Below, piece by piece: positions 58,337-64,000 of a DNA stretch of 64,000 nucleotides. Within the stretch, counting starts at the first letter, position 1. The number at the start of each line of letters is the position of its first letter. The stretch covers positions 313,286,001 to 313,350,000 of the forward strand of contig OZ024741.1 in assembly GCA_964016885.1 (NCBI GenBank). Reading direction: 5' to 3'. The position numbers were made by a program, and so were the translations under genes. The notes beneath the pieces are model-generated. The model made no database searches. It saw only the letters and a list, made by a program, of their open reading frames with translations, and was not told where the DNA came from. This DNA is from Eledone cirrhosa. Its lineage: Eukaryota.

Positions 58337-58938
58337 ACATATAGAACTGAGGATGTCTGTCTGTGTGTCTGTGTGTCTGTGAGTTTGAATTCCTAAAACT
58401 CGAGAAGTACCGAAGCGATATTTTTCAAAGTTTATATTTCAGGGAATGTTATGCACATACAATTCAAATTTGTTGATCCCCTAGGACCCGCATTAGGTAA
58501 ACAAGTGCGTTTTCTTTCAGATTTTAGGGGTATTTTGAGGCGTTAGGTCTGACCGATTTTATTGAAATTGTAACTATACCGGGAGCAAAGAAAATCCAAC
58601 TCTTTTATTTCCTAGGGCCCGCATTTGGTGAGAAAATTCTTTTTTCAGCTTTTTAGGGCTCTTTGAGGCGTTACGTCAAGCCGAATTTCCCGAAACTTCA
58701 AGGCTTATTGTGCACATAAAAACAATTTATTTTCTTGATCCCCTAGGGCCTACATTAGGTGAAAACCTGCATTTTTCCGACTTCATCGAGGAAAATCTTA
58801 AAGATTATCCAGCCATCAGAGTATTCGGTTTATTTTCTTTACATATTGTCCAGCCATGCAGTTTTTCCACGATTAAGTCTGTTGGCGGCGTGCGTCCCAA
58901 AATAACTTATCCCGTGCAACGCCGGGTACCACTGCTAG
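58337..58938 (+). mobile_element. Non-autonomous Helitron (5' terminus lost in gap)
   Basis: 3' hairpin CCCG-TGCAACGC-CGGG then CTAG|T resuming host TATTCAATAAAT; 5' part resembles 54222-54300. Confidence 0.75.
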
Positions 58939-59074
58939 TATTCAATAAATATACAGGTTCATTTCTTTATCACAAGACCACTTTAATCGTAAAATATTGT
59001 ATAAAGTTGTATCATTGATTTCTGTATGTAATTAATGATATATGCAACAATATCAGATATAGTGATAATTTTAG

Positions 59075-59209
59075 AATGCCGAGCAGGAAAGTTAGGTGTT
59101 GCTTGTAATGCGACACTCCATTGTATCAACAGCATAAACTGTGCCAAGTGAAATGGAACATGTTCAGATGGTTGTTCTGCAGGTTATACTGTTGTCAATT
59201 GCCAAGAAG
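59075..59209 (+). pseudogene. EGF-like exon copy 18, dead pseudo-exon
   Basis: In-frame TGA at 59149-59151 (CGA>TGA), third Cys lost (CTC), donor AT instead of GT. Confidence 0.85.
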
Positions 59210-59559
59210 ATATCTCATAAAATTGTTACGTACATACTATACACACACACACACACATACGCACAACCACATACACACACCCACACCCACACACACATAT
59301 ACACACACATATATATATATATTAATATATATAGTTATACTTTAGGAGGTTCATATTGTTGTAATAATTTTTTCAGAAATAATTGTTTCTACTTTAGGCA
59401 CAAGGCCAGCAATAACCCAGTGCATTACTGGTACTTTATTTTATCGACCCCGTAATAATAACAGAACATAGTAAATCTTTGGTTGGTTTTCGCTTTCGTA
59501 TGTGTTATATCTCCATAGTTAATTCATTCTGCAATGAATGTTTATCATTGATTGACCAA

Positions 59560-61870
59560 CAGTCAAAGATACAGATATAAATACATATATATAGTCCAAA
59601 AATGTTCTTTCGTTGCACATCTGCAACTTCATCAGTGGTACTATTATGTATCCCTCCTGTTGCATTGCAAGTCTACGCCATTTTTATTTTATCTGTTTAT
59701 TTATTTATTTTTATTTATTTTTGTCTTCGTCCCTGCGCATGCGTTTGCGTTTGGGTGACTGTGTTTTGGTTATTGTTTTCTATCTTAGTTTATTAGTGTG
59801 TCTTTATATGTGTTTCTTGTTATTGTGCTTATGTATTTATTCATTTATTTATTTATATATTTATATTTCTCTTAAGTCAGTATTGTTTGTTTGGGTGTTG
59901 TTATTCCATTTAATTTTTCTGTTTAGCTTTGTCTTTTTAAGCTCTGTTTCGCTTGCCTCTTTGATTTGCCTACTTGCTGGCTCATTTCTATGTTTAGTTA
60001 TATTAATTTCTATGTTGTCTATGTTACCGTCATGTTGTTGTCTGGCATATTCGTATAGTACTGAACCTTTTGTTTGTTCTATTAATCCCCCCGCCCCCCA
60101 ATGTTGGTCTATACTTTCTCCTATGCCTCGATCGGTCTGGCCTATGTATGGAATTGTCATGTTTCTGCAAGTAGCCTCTGTACATCTTATGGTGTAGACT
60201 ACATTTCTAGTTTTACAGTTTATCTGGAGCTTTACTTTACATATAGCACATTTCTTACTAGTACAGTGGGTTTTCTTAAAAGGGTGTGTTTTGCTGATCA
60301 GGGATTTCGTAGTAGTTTCTGGTTTTTCTAAATACTTAATCTTTAAGTGGGTCTTTCTCAGGGTCTTTCTACATTTGTATCTGGGTCTTTCTACATTGGT
60401 TAGCTAATTTCCCACCAGCGATAGCGTCCACGAATATGACACTCTGGTATCTCTGGTTGTGGTAGCACGAGGTGGCTTTGCCTATCTCATGTTTAGTCCT
60501 ATCTAAGCTATTCGATGATTTGCTCCTGTATAATGGGCAAATTCCTTTCATCTCCAGTTCTATGAGGGTTTACACTTCTCAGTGGTTCCTTTGTATACTC
60601 TGATTCTGTCTCTTTGGTTGTAGCCAGAGAAATGCAAGCGTTTTATGAAGTGTTGGATGTGTCTTTCCATTTCTTTGGGTCGCACATGCGGGACACGTTC
60701 TTCATCACTCGTAGCAAGTTTGCGATCAGAATATTAAACTTAGCAGCACTGAACATTGCTGAGTATTTGAGTAACAGGTATTTGGAGGCCATGGGTTTAG
60801 CGTAGTGTGAGTGGGGAATTTTGGCCCTCTCGTATATAGTGTTAATCCACAGTTCCGTGTCTAATACAGGTAGTATATTATTAGGGTGATTGGAATGGTA
60901 TTCAATAGTTACAGATATACTCTGGTGTATGGAGTTAGCTATCTGCTGGATTATGTCCATTGTGCTATATTCTAACTTATATTTGTTAGTACTCCCTTGT
61001 GGTGGTGTCCTTATTTCTATATTAATATTTCCTACGTAACGAGAGTACATCATGAGGTCTATGGAGCTCCCTTCAATGAGATTTGTGAGTCTCATTTCCA
61101 ACCAAACCATATAAAGTTTGGCTACATCACCAGCTATGCTGATCCAAATGGCTGCTGCCTCATTTTGGGTGTAGAGCTTTATGTTGAATTTGAATATATA
61201 GCCCTTTAGAGTATTTCTAATACTAGCCCCCATTGCACGCGCGACCATTTCTTTTACCTGATCATCGTTTTTGGGAGTTGGTATAGATTTAGTCCACCCA
61301 ATTCAGCCTCCCACGGAATACTTTTTTGCCATTAAGGTTATGGTGGGGGGATCTACCTCTTATGGTTCTACTAGGGCAGAAACGGCTAAGAACACGGCTG
61401 TTTAGGTAATCGGTTTCATAAATAAATCTAAGTAGGAGGCCCAGCTCATCTGTGTCGACGTTGCAGACCACAACCTCACTCTCACTGATTATCTCCACAC
61501 AAGTTTCCACAGCAAAATCAATGTTAATGGATGGTTATAGAGATACAACGTCCATACTGCGTATTATGCAGTTAGATAGGTTTTTGTTTTTGTTGCACTC
61601 ATTGATTCTGCTGAGGAGGTCTTATGTGCTGTCACATAAATCTGGGGATATTTTGATTAAGTAGCGTATAACCACTGGGAGGAACTAGGAGATCCTGTAG
61701 TTGCTATCGATATTGGCTCCGCATACAAGTCCTGTTAGTGGTCCTGTCGACGAGTCGTCGAGTATCCTATGGTCTTTGAAGAGCACATATAAGGGTGGTA
61801 TGTCTTGTTAGACGCGTGGATGTTCATAGCAGTGGGTTTGCTTGGCTTTAGGATGTCGGTCCTCATCATC
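59560..61870 (-). mobile_element. Decayed Penelope-like retroelement (RT + GIY-YIG endonuclease)
   Basis: Minus-strand fragments PPLYVLFKDH, SMDVVSL*PSINID, YSRYVGNI (RYVDD box), LPVLDTELW, HYAKPMAS, then PYIGQTDRGIGESIDQH (GIY-YIG); stops and frameshifts. Confidence 0.85.
59591..59644 (-). ncRNA. Hammerhead-like core at the 3' end of the Penelope element
   Basis: Minus strand ATAGTaCCA-CTGATGA-a-GTTGCA-gatg-TGCAAC-GAAA-gaacatttt-TGGACTAT; stem III weak. Confidence 0.55.
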
Positions 61871-61948
61871 ATGTGAGCGTTGACGATCTCCTCTCACCCA
61901 TCATGTGTTTGTTGTGTAATTTCGCCTGGCAATATATTTGACTGCATC

Positions 61949-61949
<1 letters not shown>

Positions 61950-61984
<35 letters not shown>

Positions 61985-62035
61985 TGTGTGTGTGTGTTTG
62001 TGTATGTGTGTGTGTGTGCGTGTGCGTGTGTGTGT

Positions 62036-62073
<38 letters not shown>

Positions 62074-62090
62074 CTGTGTGTGTGTGTGTT
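61950..62090. repeat. (TG)n microsatellite
   Basis: Directly visible. Confidence 0.95.
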
Positions 62091-62298
62091 TATTTCAACG
62101 TAAAAATATCGCAAATACATATCGTAGTAACTGATAAAATATGGTGTAAATTTGAAGGATTATATTTGTTGTCTCCTATGATATTGTTTGTTTCATTCAT
62201 TATGTTATATGTATATATATATATTATATGTATATATATGTATGTATGTATGTGTGTGTGTAAGTGTGTATGTATGCATTTATATATGTATATTTATA

Positions 62299-62395
<97 letters not shown>

Positions 62396-62997
62396 CATAT
62401 ATATATACAGTATATATTATATATATGCAAAAGGTAAATAGAAATAACAAGACAATCGGTACAGTATATGGAAGGGATATATTAGGATAACGTTTAATAT
62501 AGCAGGAATAGCGTCTCAGCATTTTGGACATTAGTCCTTCATTAGAAGAAAGAATGAGAAATAAAATAGAATGAGGGGACGGTTGAGTTTGAATTGGAAA
62601 AATATCCTCAGATAAAAATAACAGCTTCATTTATGTTGACAGCTCTTGCATTGTGTGTGTGTATGTACGTGAGTGTGTGTTTATTTAAATGTAAGAATGT
62701 CGCAATTACATATCGTGGTAACTGGTAGAATATGGTAAGATTTGGAAGGATTATATATGTTGTTTTTCTTATAATATTTTTTGTTTCTTTCATAATTCTT
62801 TTTTAACATTGCATTTAACTGAACTAAAAATCCATGTATATTTTATAGAGGATCGATATAATATTCAATAAATATATGAGTGCATTTGTTTATCACAATA
62901 ACAATATAATCTGAAACTTTCGTATGAAATTGTATCATTGATATCTGTATGTAATTAATGATATCTTCAACATTATCATATATATTGATTTTTTTAG

Positions 62998-63132
62998 AAT
63001 GCCCAGTAGGATCGTTTGGTTTTGCTTGTAAAGGGACCTGCCATTGTATCAACAATATTAACTGTGACAAGCGAAATGGAATATGTTCAGATGGATGTTC
63101 TGAAGGTTATATTGGTGTCAATTGCCAAGAAG
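62998..63132 (+). CDS. EGF-like exon copy 19 (most divergent intact copy)
   Basis: tttttAG/GT; [45 protein letters not shown], all 8 Cys kept. Confidence 0.85.
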
Positions 63133-64000
63133 GTATATCATAAAACAGTTACCTACTTACTATACACACCCACACACACATACACACACACACACTTACA
63201 CACACACACACACACATACATACACACACATATCTATTCATATATATGTATTTATACATAAAAAAAATATATATACCGTATATGCCGATTTAAAAGTTGA
63301 TCCGCTGCATAGGTCGACACATCAAATTTTGTGGTGTAATTCACGTTGAGGCCTATATACGCTTATGAGACGACACCCCAGGTATAAGGCATTACCATCT
63401 CCCCAGCCGTAGATATGCTTGCCGTTGTTTATTTGCACAAAATATAAAATATTGAAATAAACACTAAATAGTTGTAAAATAAAAATGCATGTGAGGAAAG
63501 TACATTTTGTAAAATTTATTTTTCATTTAACAAAAAGATTTAACTGAACTGTTTTATTAGTAAACAACATGCTACCACACTGCCACTTGATATGCGCTAA
63601 TTTTAAAAACCTAAATATTCGTTATCCAATGTGTATCAGCATTACATGGCGATATATTTTTATTTCGACCTGTTTTGTTTCCTGGGGAAATTACCGGAGA
63701 TTTTCCGACAGTTTAGATAATTCAGTGAATCAGTATACCAATAACCTTATAATAATGATATTCATGATAATATTATATATATATATATATAAATATATGT
63801 ATGTGTGTGTGTGTGTGAGTGTGTGTATGTGTGTGTATGTGTGTGTGTATGTATATATGTATGTATGTATGTATTTGTGTGAGTATGTTTGTATATATGC
63901 AATTATATCTATCCAGTATATATCATATATATATTTGTGTGTTTGTGTGTGTGTGTGTGTATATGTGTGTAGGGGTGTGGGTGTGTGCGTGTCTGTGTGT

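Noticed and set aside
58017-58344. ORFs containing X runs
   Set aside because: Artefacts of the 200-N gap
59613-60197. 194-aa hydrophobic ORF resembling a membrane protein or the receptor TM exon
   Set aside because: Antisense translation of the A-rich 3' end of the Penelope element; low complexity
62505-62555. Minus-strand CTAATGA-a-GGAC-TAAT-GTCC-AAAA hammerhead-like remnant
   Set aside because: Both core boxes are mutated; at most a decayed Penelope terminus

Overview
This is AT-rich, microsatellite-rich animal genomic DNA. The RTE tail sequence and repeat content suggest a mollusc or cephalopod such as octopus, but that is inference only. The window lies inside one large + strand gene built from 19 tandem copies of a 135-nt, phase 1-1 exon. 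Each exon encodes an 8-Cys laminin-type EGF-like repeat (MEGF10/SCARF/Draper-like or mollusc receptor-PTP-stalk-like). Seventeen copies have open frames and AG/GT splice sites, and two are degenerate. No start or stop exon is visible. The exons were duplicated together with their introns, including one 5'-truncated RTE LINE flanked by a ~290-bp direct repeat, and the units form A-B-C higher-order repeats. The intron after exon copy 2 holds a ~9.8-kb tandem array of ~448-bp units. Each unit carries a sense-strand minimal type I hammerhead-ribozyme-like motif (CTGACGA...GAAACTAGTA, 21 copies), and the array begins with an inverted partial copy, which suggests a retrozyme or Penelope-derived array. 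Also present are several non-autonomous Helitrons (one carrying a tandem MITE array, one containing a ~620-bp palindrome), a decayed Penelope-like RT/GIY-YIG element with its own hammerhead-like core, and a 200-N gap. Most ORF-track entries are microsatellite artefacts.
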